A stretch of DNA of 64,000 nt, taken from contig BROI01000015.1 in NCBI GenBank assembly GCA_027923505.1, positions 682,001 to 746,000 on the forward strand, written 5' to 3'. Shown here piece by piece: positions 21,426 to 32,600 of the stretch; position 1 is the first letter of the stretch; each line of letters starts with the position of its first letter. The notes beneath the pieces were generated by a model. It did no database searches and was not told the origin of the DNA. It saw only the letters and a list, made by a program, of their open reading frames with translations. The position numbers were made by a program, and so were the translations under genes. Source of the stretch: Mayamaea pseudoterrestris (lineage: Eukaryota).

Positions 21426-23510
21426 ATGGAGGATGCGATACCAGGGAGATCAAGCATTACAGTAGTAGTTGGAATGTCTCATGGTGGAGCTTCGATTCGA
21501 TGTCAGCGAAGAAGGCAGTCAAGTCACACGACAATAGCATTGTTTCGACTGATGAGCATGCTCGTGTCAACAATGATGCTAGTCGACTACGCATACGCAT
21601 GGAATGCGCCACAACATCCTCAATGTCGCGACCGAAAGTCAGTTAGACTACAGAATAGCAATCAAAGGTCTGATCAAGACGAAACGACGAGCGTTTTGGA
21701 AGATATACAACGAAAACTGGATCAGCAGCAGCGTCAAATCGAACAACTCTTGAACGTTGTCATTTCACAGCAGCAATCTACAGCAGCCTCCTTACATTCT
21801 ACAAATCAACAATCTCCAAGCTCTTCAGTCTCTTCTTCTCAGCATCAGCAATTACAACTTACGCCCATTAAGGCCATGCTCTTTATAGACGGCACTTGGC
21901 TCTACTACTCCATTTTTCAAAGACAAAGTGACAACACTTGCGCAATATCCTCGCGGTTTGGACCGCTTTGGCCGCTCACGCATCGGGTAGACTGGCAGGC
22001 ATTGACGCGCATTGTATCAAGATGTCTTATGGAGCAGCATCAGTCATCGGGTGTACAGTTCTTGTCAACGCCGTCTTCGTCGTCGTCACTATCTCAGCAC
22101 CAAGGCCGCGCCGTCGAAATCGTTCGATCCAGCGTCTTTACAAGCTACAAGGCCGACACACCAACCACATCGCTCCGATACAAAATGTTTGAGGAACTGC
22201 GTCACGCCAATTTTGACGTACACATGATGGAAACGGTCGGCAAGTCGGAAAAGTGCGTTGACATTCAACTGGCCGTGGAAATGTTGCACTTTGCCACGGT
22301 ACCGCACGCGTACGATGTTGCCGTCGTATTGACGGGCGACAAGGACTTTATGCCGGCCATGATTCGGACCCGACAAAAGGGACGGCAAGTGGCGCTTGTC
22401 TCTATGAAGCGAGGGTGCAATCAGGCGTTGGTCAAGACGGATATGCTCAAGGATTTTGACGTCATATGGTTGGACGACCATATTGAAGAGCTAATCGTTC
22501 CAAAGTCAATGGAAGAACTTCCTCATGGTCAAAGGTCACTGTCAGTTTTTACGTTTATGAAAGTGTTGAGAGACTACATTGAGCAATCGGGCGAGAAAAC
22601 AGTTTCTTCGCGCGAAGTTGGTCGGTACCTAAAGACGGTTATAATTGGTTCGACAGTCATGCTCGACGAGCTGAAGAACTCTTGTGGTGGCATTTACTTG
22701 TTTTTAAATCTCCAAGGCAAAGATGTATTTTCGGTGTCGTTCGATGACGACGCATCGGGAGACTCTTCCGTTCGTAGCTACAGGATTGGCTTGAAGCCAA
22801 AGACTGACACAATTTTGTTGGAGATGGCAGAAAGCGCCGACTTGTCGGCTGCCGAAAAGAGCTTTTTTGAAAGCTATACATTTGCGACTGAGGAGGAGCG
22901 GCCGACTTATACCAGCGCCCTCGGACTACAACAGCGAGCAACCGTGAGGCATCATTTGAGCAAGCTCCAAACGCCTGAATTGCACAAAGACGCGGCCCCA
23001 GATTACTCGGGGTACACCTTGCAGCAACTTCGAGATTTATGTCGGATGATGGGACTGCCAGTTTCTGGGTTGAAAGCAGCGGTAATTGAACGCTTAAATG
23101 CAACCAGGAAGGAAACGGTTGGGCAAACTAAAGAATGCGAAATGCGACTAGCGACGCAGCGGCGATTAGCGACTGGCGCAGAACAATCATCAACACAACA
23201 TATACCTGATACAACCACCCGCCATCTGATTAGTCTACTCAGAGAGTATATTCAGGCTAGTGGCGGTAAAGCAAGCTCGCGAGACGTCGGGCGATATCTT
23301 GCCGCTAATCGGTCATCGCCGGAGACGAAACGAAAGCATTTAGTGTCAGCCTTGCAAGAGCTCAAGGCATACTATGGGTCCCTAGCCAACTTCGTACAGG
23401 CCTATCCCGATATCTTGCTACGACTAGATGATGTGGACCGTGCCGGGGACGATGACAAGAATTTTGCTTTCTCAATTGGGTTGAACAAAAACGTGGGTGT
23501 GACGATGTAG
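21426..23510 (+). CDS. NYN (LabA/PIN-like) domain protein with a SAP domain and two OST-HTH/LOTUS-like repeats; possible plastid presequence
   Basis: NYN acidic motifs FIDGTWL, EKCVDIQLAVEM and VLTGDKDFMP. SAP-like TLQQLRDLCRMMGLPVSGLKAAVIERL. Repeated SSR(E/D)VGRYL motif. Confidence 0.8.
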   Translation: MEDAIPGRSSITVVVGMSHGGASIRCQRRRQSSHTTIALFRLMSMLVSTMMLVDYAYAWNAPQHPQCRDRKSVRLQNSNQRSDQDETTSVLEDIQRKLDQQQRQIEQLLNVVISQQQSTAASLHSTNQQSPSSSVSSSQHQQLQLTPIKAMLFIDGTWLYYSIFQRQSDNTCAISSRFGPLWPLTHRVDWQALTRIVSRCLMEQHQSSGVQFLSTPSSSSSLSQHQGRAVEIVRSSVFTSYKADTPTTSLRYKMFEELRHANFDVHMMETVGKSEKCVDIQLAVEMLHFATVPHAYDVAVVLTGDKDFMPAMIRTRQKGRQVALVSMKRGCNQALVKTDMLKDFDVIWLDDHIEELIVPKSMEELPHGQRSLSVFTFMKVLRDYIEQSGEKTVSSREVGRYLKTVIIGSTVMLDELKNSCGGIYLFLNLQGKDVFSVSFDDDASGDSSVRSYRIGLKPKTDTILLEMAESADLSAAEKSFFESYTFATEEERPTYTSALGLQQRATVRHHLSKLQTPELHKDAAPDYSGYTLQQLRDLCRMMGLPVSGLKAAVIERLNATRKETVGQTKECEMRLATQRRLATGAEQSSTQHIPDTTTRHLISLLREYIQASGGKASSRDVGRYLAANRSSPETKRKHLVSALQELKAYYGSLANFVQAYPDILLRLDDVDRAGDDDKNFAFSIGLNKNVGVTM

Positions 23511-24690
23511 TCCCTCATAGTCAGCATTCTACAAGATCTATCGTACACTATTATTTCTTTGTGCAGACCATCTCGACCTGTCGTTGCTGAGTCTGCACCT
23601 TGAGAAAATTCACGTGCTCGCTGAAGAATTGCCTTGACGTCTGACCATCGCTCGGTGAGCCTGCTTGTGAAAGCAGAGTAAGACCCAGCAAGTGAATCAT
23701 TACTTTCAGGTGAGCCCTCGAACGAGTCAACTGTTCGATTTCGTACAAGCATTGGAGATTCTCTTGCAGGTGCTTCGGTCTTGGCTTTTACAGTCAGATC
23801 AGCGCATTTGATGGGACTGGGGTTGGGGTTGGGGTTGGTGGTACTTTGTCCGCGACAGGCGGCCAGCTATCCCGCTTGCTCGTTCTTTTAAGATTGGCTG
23901 ATTTCTGACCAAGTAGACGCTTGGGTCGATTGTCGACAATTAGCTCCGGAATTTCCGAGATGAAACGACCTTGACATTCTTTGTCGGAGTCTGTATCTGT
24001 TTGCGTAAACAGTCGCTGACTTTGGTGGTTGCATCACGTCTTGGACTATACACTGCAAAGCTTGAATCATCTTTGCGGCTGAAGCCGTCATGATTTCCGT
24101 CGAGCAAAGGGCACTTTGTTCCATTGATAATGTCGATGTCACCGTGCCTTTGAAGCATTTTTTCAAGCTTGCGAGCCAATTTGATTAATGCACGGTCGCC
24201 TTCTTTTGCAACGTTCTTTAATGGGTACGCATGTATTGTGTCCTCGCACTGAAGCCCTACTCAGTATCAACGAGGTGTGGTGTGACTTGACCTTTGGGAT
24301 CATGTCATTAATTGCAAGTGGCAGCGCGGACAGCTTTCTCACGGTGGCATGGCACTGCTGTACCATATTAACTGTCACACTATTGTGGACCATACACGCT
24401 ACGGAGACGCTGCGCCCACGCGACTACCGTAACTAAGAGAGACCGATATCATAGACACGAAATTCTGTTGCTCCGTGAGTCTTGTTCCAAGCTAAAAATG
24501 TTCACGCTAATTATAAACTCATATGCCACATTGCGACTCAAGACATAGTACCATTTTTGTGGTCATAATCGATATTGTTGTGCTAAACGTATTCGTACAA
24601 GACCCAAGACGCTGAAGACAACTACCAGAATAGTTAGAGATTGCTATGTATGTCCTGGTCTAGTAGGTCAATTGTGACTAATTGCGTAGC

Positions 24691-24762
24691 GTCCGCTTGG
24701 TCTAGAGGCATGATACCTGCTTTGGGTGCAGGTGGTCCGGGGTTCGATTCCCCGAGCGGACC
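24691..24762 (+). tRNA. tRNA-Pro(TGG)
   Basis: Acceptor stem GTCCGCT/AGCGGAC; anticodon arm CCTGC-TTTGGGT-GCAGG; T-arm CGGGG-TTCGATT-CCCCG; A box TGGTCTAGAGG; TTTT terminator follows. Confidence 0.96.
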
Positions 24763-26472
24763 TTTTGCCCCCTAAAACGATACTAACAAGGGTAAAATCT
24801 TTTTTCTATGTGTAAAAAAGAACGGGAGGTCCCAAGGAACATTTTGCTGGCTGTCTAATGCATGTTGTTGCACCATGCTTGGCCCTACCGGTAGAAGTTA
24901 GAAAAGATTTGGGTACCTTTCACCATTCAGTGTTGCTTAACCTTACCGTTTTTGACCAGCAGCAGCGTGCCGCTTTGCAACTCTCTGCTTGGTTGTATCA
25001 ACGAGTTTTGGCAAGCCAGGTGCCGTAACCTTTGACAATTTCAAACCAGCAGAAGCATGTCAGATGTGCAGTGTGGGCCATGAAGCGCAAGCGGCGCATC
25101 ACTACCGATGGAATCTGCAAGTGAAAAGCCCAACTCAATCTGGATGGGTCCAAGCAGGTCAAGGGAGTCCACTAAAACCAGACCTATGCACCGGCCGCAT
25201 ACTGGGCCACTATCCATCTCATCATAGCCAAGGCACTCCAACTCAAATAGCATACAAGGCAGATTGACTTCGTGCAGGCCTACGGAGGCCAAGTCCAACA
25301 CTATACACGTGGAGAATCCCAAGGCATCGAGGTAACAGGCGAGCAGCCAGGGGACTCCATCCTACACGTCAAAAAACACGTACGGGATGCGACTCAGGCA
25401 GAACCTGGAACGTGACGCGCCCTAACATGTTCAGGAGTCGCGCCTCTCGGCAGCAACAACATGGCCCTTGTTGGTAGGGTCTCGCTGGACAATAGAGCAG
25501 ATAGCACGCATGGTACTGCGACGAGACAATGCCTTGTTCGTGTTGTTTATGTAGTAGCGGCAGCAATTCAAGGTGATTTTGTACCGCTGGCGTTCATGTA
25601 GTCCCCACCAATCATAGCGTCGTAACAGCGCCGAGCCTTGACGAAATTGTTAAGTGTCGCAACCGTATTGCCCATCATTTTTTCTTTTGCAGTCCGAAGA
25701 TCTTATACTCATTCAATCCAGTGAACATTCCATTCACTTCTTCCTCCATGCCATTATCGCCGCTTGACGCTGATGCTGACCGTGACGCCATGCCAGACGT
25801 ATCTTGCTTGAGAGATGCGCCAGCTTGCGCTACCAGCTATTTAAACCCCGCAAGCATTTGACTAAGCTTGACAGTTTTGTCATTTACTGGCTTCTGCGAC
25901 TTGCTGGCATCATCTGCTGCGAGCGCTTTAGCAGGCTCCTCGGGCGACTTGGATGCAACCAATGGAGGCTGCGAATTCATTTTTACCCTTGCTCAGCATC
26001 TTTCTTGGCCTCGTTTAAAATCGTCGTTGTCCGCAAGCCGTACATTCTCTTCCGAAAACTTGGGAGTTTCGGAACTCCAGCCTCGTCAAGTCCTGACTCC
26101 ATTGCAAACTTTTCAATAGGCGTTATTAGAAAAATTGCAAAGTAGAGTTGATGGCATTCCCATTCGCCCTCATGGTGGGCACAATGGTTCGCGACATGCA
26201 GAGCAGAGGAGCGGATATTAGCAGTGCCGATGTTGGACACGACAAAATGCCTTGGCTATCAAATGAACAATAATGAACAAATGTAAGCGCGCGTGAGAAT
26301 AGTAACGTTTATGAGTGTCAAGGCAATGCAGAACGATACTGCTACGAGCGATATGGATGCGTCGTTATGTGAGGGGTCGCATTTGATCGTCCGTCGTCAT
26401 GGTCGAATTCTCGATGGACGAAGCTGTGAGGGCAAACAATAGGTTTCGAAGCAGTACTGGTGAGAAATCACC

Positions 26473-26494
26473 GGTTCGATTCCCCGAGCGGACC
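26473..26494 (+). repeat. Exact 22-bp copy of the tRNA-Pro 3' end (attR-like direct repeat of 24741-24762)
   Basis: GGTTCGATTCCCCGAGCGGACC occurs at both positions; this copy is followed by CTTCTTTT. Confidence 0.9.
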
Positions 26495-26733
26495 CTTCTT
26501 TTCGTTTCGACCCATCTAGTTTGTCTATGTACTTTATTTTGCGAGCATTGGACAGAATAGTATATTTGATACAAACTACTATGTGAATGTTTTGGTATCT
26601 CATGGCATATTCATGGTTTGTTCTCAACAGTGATTTTGCAGTTAAGAATACGAGCAGTGCGTTCGCTATACATGAGACGGATCCCCAACGCTATATGAAG
26701 CCAATGGTCAGTCCGCCAGATTTACATTCGAGT

Positions 26734-26808
26734 GAGGATGTGGTATGCTCGAAGAGACGCAGAGTATGAGGCAGGATGTGGCATGCTCGAAGAGACGCAG
26801 AGTATGAG
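26734..26808. repeat. Local tandem duplication with a 39-bp period
   Basis: GGATGTGG(T/C)ATGCTCGAAGAGACGCAGAGTATGAG occurs twice. Confidence 0.85.
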
Positions 26809-27114
26809 ACAAGCCTGCCCCGGAGGAATTCATTTTCTCCGATCATCTACGGCTACATACGCGGTAATGTATGCAATCGTTCAGAGATAATGAAGCTATT
26901 GTGCATAAATTGCAGGTGCTTGAATGCAGAAGTTACATTGCCGTTCCTTGAGTAGATCGATGAGTACTGAAAGTTGCTGGAAGGACATGGCTACAAATCC
27001 TCAGCCAGCAAGCCCGTGTCTGCATAAATCAGCTCATTAGCGACGTGCTGCTTCATCTAAGACGACAGGGACTTTGAGAGCTGTGCGTCGGACTCCCAGA
27101 AAAGAGCACAGATG

Positions 27115-27603
27115 TCATGCGGCATCGGCTGCAAGACTGCGCCGCTGCGTCGGTAGCTGTCGAAAAGAATTCAATGACTCGTCATCTCCTTCGAAGATAG
27201 AAAGCTTGTCAAGCAACATAACAGTGATCTTTGATGTTTCGCAGGTTGAATTAAAGTCCTCAACACTTGATCGGCGTCTAGGCATTTGCGGCGGAGCTTG
27301 GCTTGATTCTGGATTGTCGATGCTGCCGCTGCAGCCTTTGGCGCGCAATGCTTGAAAAGGGAGCAGACACTTCACTTCAACGGACCTACGCCGTGAGGGC
27401 AAGCGTAAGCAATCCTTGGAGTGAATCGCATCAGGTGACCACCGATTTTCCTTCACTGCAACAATGTGCCTCTTGTTTTTGTAGCGCGGCAACGTTGGTT
27501 TTGAGAAGGCATGTGTATGCAAGCGAGCATTGTCAAACACAACGCTTATCCGGCGCGCGTCAATCCCTTTGCTAATCAGGAGTTCATTGACGAAGGAAGG
27601 CAT
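27115..27603 (-). CDS. Hypothetical protein with repeated P-x-RRxS motifs
   Basis: ATG-initiated 162-aa ORF with VVFDNAR, LPSRRRS, MPRRRSS and LPTQRRS motifs, a pattern I associate with diatom orphan proteins. Confidence 0.55.
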   Translation of the reverse strand: MPSFVNELLISKGIDARRISVVFDNARLHTHAFSKPTLPRYKNKRHIVAVKENRWSPDAIHSKDCLRLPSRRRSVEVKCLLPFQALRAKGCSGSIDNPESSQAPPQMPRRRSSVEDFNSTCETSKITVMLLDKLSIFEGDDESLNSFRQLPTQRRSLAADAA

Positions 27604-28128
27604 GTCTCGATAAAAATTTGATATCTATGTGTGCACCGCGTGAATTATGAGATTCGTACCTAGGCAGGTAGAATGATCAGATAAATCTATTGCACCATCG
27701 AACATGAATCATCAACTGCAATCGACTTGAATCGACTTCTTGCTTGCTCGTGAAACTCCAGTCATTGTGACTTGAAGGATAGTCCGGGACATTCTTCTTG
27801 GGCCTGTGGCTATAGCTTCTGACGCCCAAGAACTCATCCTCAATCTTCCTCGACGTTCGCAAAAGGTAGTGACGCACGATCAACTGCCTCATTGATTGCT
27901 TTTCTTTGGTTGTTTTTCCAGGGGCAATAGGATATTGGGAGGGACAATTGACACTATTTCGAAATGCGTTTGTCTCTTTCAAGTGTCTTGCCTTGCTTTG
28001 ATCGTGCGAGTATGTACTGATCGCCTCCGATGGAGTTATGGAGCGACGGAAGCTTTTAGTGCGGATAGTATAGTACCAGTATGATCTCTTTACGTGTTTA
28101 TGTTTATATGTAGGCAGTGCAATATTTA

Positions 28129-29103
28129 CTAGGAGTACAGTGTTAAACGATCGATTCTCGCCCCAACTCGTTGGGTTCCAAGTTCCCACCTGCGCAAGTC
28201 GCTAAATGTAAATCCAAGACCGACTCCGCCACCTCCTCCAAGAGCAGTCAGTTGTCCGCACGTGGGACAGAGTACATAATCCAGATTCTGAATGCTAGTC
28301 AGCTCAACCTTGCAAGCCTGGCAGGGTGACGCCTGGTAAAAGTCTCGCTGCAGGCAGCTCCACGTTTCCTGCGCACCTCGCACCTTGGCCATGACGCCGG
28401 GACGAATCTCGACGGTGCGCTGAAAGGGTAGCGAAAGGGTTGGTGCCTTGGAATCAGGTCCAAGCTTGTTTCTGCGCGGCACACTCAAGCTCATATTGTT
28501 CAGTTGCGTGTTGACACTCACTTGGCGATGGTAGCTAGGAGGCGTGTCAATGTGACTTGTCGAATCCCAAAAGGGATTGCTGTCGCCGCGCAGGTTGCGA
28601 GTAGGCAAAGGTGCGTTTCGGGAGGCAACCTCGGAAGTGAAAGCACTGAATCGAGCATTCTGGTGTTGCTGTTGGCTTATGGAAGTCGACAAAGGCGGAA
28701 CGCCAGTGTTTTCTACTGAACCTGAGCGTCGTGGGAGGGAAGGTGGAAGGTCTGTGCTGGGGATAGTTGGCGACTTTGATTGACCTCGAATCGGCGATGC
28801 AGGAGAGAGGTTGGACGGACGAAAGAAGCGGTATTGGGTTTCGTCCTGCTCGCGATTGTTGCAGGACTGGTCGACGAATCGAGGACTGAATGTTGCGTTC
28901 TTTGTATCGTCCACTTCATTATGGTGTCGCTCGAGGGCTATTCGGAGATCATCGAGCTTGCGCTTGCTCGTCGCTCTTGTAGTGAATCCGAGCGCCGCAT
29001 TGGACTTGCGGATCATAGACGAGTGATCGAAAGGACTGAGCTTGCTGGCACTCTGTCGCTTCGTGCAAGACAGGAGCTTGCTCATGGACGAAGTCTTCTT
29101 CAT
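28129..29103 (-). CDS. Hypothetical protein with a C-terminal 4-Cys module (RGAQETW...CQAC...YVLCPTC...GGVGLGF)
   Basis: Likely start MKKTSS at 29103; low-complexity N-terminus; two CxxC pairs in a conserved-looking C-terminal block. Confidence 0.65.
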   Translation of the reverse strand: MKKTSSMSKLLSCTKRQSASKLSPFDHSSMIRKSNAALGFTTRATSKRKLDDLRIALERHHNEVDDTKNATFSPRFVDQSCNNREQDETQYRFFRPSNLSPASPIRGQSKSPTIPSTDLPPSLPRRSGSVENTGVPPLSTSISQQQHQNARFSAFTSEVASRNAPLPTRNLRGDSNPFWDSTSHIDTPPSYHRQVSVNTQLNNMSLSVPRRNKLGPDSKAPTLSLPFQRTVEIRPGVMAKVRGAQETWSCLQRDFYQASPCQACKVELTSIQNLDYVLCPTCGQLTALGGGGGVGLGFTFSDLRRWELGTQRVGARIDRLTLYS

Positions 29104-29615
29104 GTTCAGCTTTTTCAATGCAATGGAAAATGTATGAATGCTCCGGAGGATTTGTGAGGCGCTATGGATCGGCAATTGTCCAAAATGAGACGCAAGGAAC
29201 TCGAACAGGAAGGCTCGAAGAAAAATGACAAAATGCACCCTTGGAGTTTAACATGACGTCCAAACCGAACCCAGCCGAGTCGAAGATAGTCTTCAACTTG
29301 AAGTAGGCGTCAACTGAAACAGGAAGCTGATGACAACCATCTGTTATTGTGTCGATTGGAGGAACCATTGGAAGCCAAATCTAATCCAAAAGCAACTTGG
29401 CGGGATCGTCAACCTATGCCCCCAGGCCATTGCGATGCCAGAGGCATTCTTTCAAATGGCATTGGAACAACCGGCCGTTCAGGAGGATCCTTTCCAAAAC
29501 TAACCTACTCCGCATAGTATATACGTACTCCGTCATTTGCTAACCTACGAGTCTACATCATACTCCTAGAAATGTTTCCAAAAGATACTAGCACGTGGTT
29601 GCTGAATTGAAGTCT

Positions 29616-32600
29616 TTACTGCTCTAACTGTGAGTTCTCCGATAATGGCAATGGATCGCAAGGGCCTTCCATTACTTCTCCGTCAAGAAATGGTCCCATG
29701 CCAAGCTTTGTTGATGCTTCCTCGTCCTTCCCATTCACCGCAGAAACTTCATTAACTAGTTCTTCCTCGCAAAATACGTCAGATACATCATTAGCAGCAT
29801 TGTCAGTATTCGACCGCCGTCGAGCGGCGAACCAGCGACGAGCACCGTTGACGATGAAGTATTCCCAGGCAGAAACTGCAATAGCGTTGGCAATCATAAT
29901 GCCCAGCAAACCTCGACGAAAGTCCGCGGGCATAACTGTCGTATTGAACGAGTTTTGGATTGGAACAGGCTCGATTGATGTGACCGCAGCAACTGCCCAA
30001 TCATTCATGCAATTGACGCGCCAAATGCAGCTGAAATGTCCCGGCACGAGCGTGATATAGAATTGCATGACAGTAAAAGCCGTCACAAAAGCCATAAACA
30101 CATAGTTGCGAAACCAATGTTGGCGCCATTCATAGCCAAAGTTAAAAGCAAAAGCGGAGCTAATATACTGGTATCCAGTGACTAGAAAGATAACTTCAGA
30201 CTCGTAGTTGTCACCAATTACCTGAACGTTCGACACGTCCTGCCCATCCCACTTGCGGCACTGCGTTCGGGAAGGAATGAAAAAAGTGTGTGAGGAAACT
30301 CTTGTACGAAAGAAAGTCTAAGGACAATGTACGTACTTGAAACCAATCCTGAGAAAACAGGTATGCGAGCGCACCGACGAGAAAGAGAAAGTTCAAACCT
30401 AGCACTCCCAGCACGCTAGTCATTGTGGCAGATCCAAACAAAGACGCAGTTGGCCGTGTTTTTGATAACTTCGACGCGCATCGAGCTAATGGGAGGGAGA
30501 AAGCCATGGTAATGACCCAAACACCATCCTGGAAGCACGAGAAAGAGGATGTTAGTTATAAACGGTTAGGTGATGGAGCATGGTGCGTCCAACGAATTGC
30601 CTTACAAAGAAAACCCAGCAATACTCTGTAAACGTTGTAGCAAAAAAGGCACTGATCAGTTGGTTGATAGTTTCAACGTTCCCGTATATCATCATGTATC
30701 TATACGCCGCCAAACTGTTCGTCAAGCTGCAGCGGCCTTCAAGAAGGACGTCAACCACTGATGTGATGGCCTTGTCGAGCGATGTGAACGGAGCTACCGT
30801 GCTGGCTTCCGCGTCACTTAAGGCAACCCCAACATGAGCGGTCTTTAGCGCTCCACAATCGTTACCTGTAAAGTAGTTTGCGAGTATGAATAAACGCAAC
30901 AACATCGCGGCAAAGGCAATCAAGAAAGCCGCAACTTACCGCCATCGCCGCACATTAGCGTAACGCGACCTAGCTCGTTGTAAGCGCTCACGATGGACAC
31001 TTTGTCGTACGGAGTGCAACGTCCATATACTCGTATGAAATCCATTAAGCGAGCTGCCTCCTTCGGATCTGCTGTCCTGAGTATGCCAAACGCCTGTCCA
31101 GATATGGCAAGTTCCGTTCCGGATTGTAAAAGTTCTTCAATGGGCGGACGAGTGCATTGCTCTCCTCGCAAGTTTGACCAATATAGTGATCCGGACTCGT
31201 CGCAGCTCCCGATAAGAATGCCGCAATCGGACCCCACAATTCCAGCTTCTCTGCCAATACAAATGCCTGTCAAGACACTGTCACCTGTGAGCATAACTGT
31301 CTTCACGCTACCGCTGTGCAAGTGACTAATCACGCCGGCTGTTTCAGGGCGTATAATGTTTTTGAAATCGACAGTCCCAATGAACGACAGAGAATTTTCA
31401 ATCTCGTCTCGAGTAACAGTAAGCGCGTCAATGGTAGCAGGTAGTTTCTTCATCGCCACAGAAATTTGATAGAGGCCAGCAATGGCAGCGTGTTGTAGAG
31501 CTTCGTCAAAATCGAATGGAAGGTTGTCCTCCATACACAGTTTCTTGATACTTTCTCCGCTACCCTTTACAAACGCAATGAGTGAATTATCTGAATCCTT
31601 TCGCACAAGAACAGATTGTGTCATGCGATGATGGTCGAAATCAAAATGGCGGACAATTGTAGCCGACTGCCCATTACAATCAGTCACTTTTCCAACCGCT
31701 CCGCTACTTGAGGTCACAATTGAACCGCTCTTCTCAAACATTACCTGATCGACGGGATTGCCCGCAAGTTTTCCGCCTTTTGTCATGCTCAACGTATGGC
31801 AGCTTCCCATCGCCAAGAAAAATTCAGATTCGACCCCGCTCCGAGCATTTGCAGCGACAAATTCTAACCCTTGTTTGGTCAACGTGCCCGTTTTGTCAAA
31901 ACAAGCAGTGTCGCACTTGCCGCACACAAGAATAGCTTCAGCATTGGTGCAGCTAATGCGCTTGCCAGCCAGTCTGTCGCTTGAGATGCCGACCGATACG
32001 GTAAACACAGTGGGAAGCAAGGGCGGCAACGCGGATGCGACGACAAACATTCCGTAGAACCAACTGTAGATGATCGTGTCCTTGATAAAGAAAACAACCA
32101 TCGCAAAGCCGAAAATGGCATAGAAACATAAGATTGAAATGACAATTGGCACTTCGACGTCAAACTTGAATTGATGCCGCTTGTAGGAGTAAATGTCGCG
32201 AATGAGCTCACCGCGAGCCGTGTAAGAAGCAGTTTGTGTGACGACAGCAACCGTTTTCTCTGTCTCGAGCACATTGGTGCCCGCCAAAATAGTGTGTCGC
32301 TTAAATTGGTTGGCACTGTAAACATTTTTACCATCTGCTTCATCGACAGGAGTCTTGAGCATTGGCGTTGCTTCGCCAGTCAGAGCACTCTCGTCCATTA
32401 GTATCGTTGAAGAGGCCACGACAACCATATCGCAATACGTCAAGCCTGGAGTGACTTCAACTACATCGCCTGGTACGAGTTCTTTCGGTGACACTTGGAT
32501 GACCTGGCCATCGCGGCGGATGCAGACTTCGCCGGTAATGTTGGTTATTTCGTACAATTTGCGCTCGTTGCGATATTGAAAGTAGCAAACTGTAAGTCCA

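Noticed and set aside
23813..23839. (TTGGGG)3 telomere-like or G-quadruplex run
   Set aside because: Only three units; more simply a low-complexity Pro-rich remnant, and nothing suggests a chromosome end.
23520..24436. Possible minus-strand gene between the NYN gene and the tRNA
   Set aside because: Only short broken ORFs, with no motif or convincing splice model.
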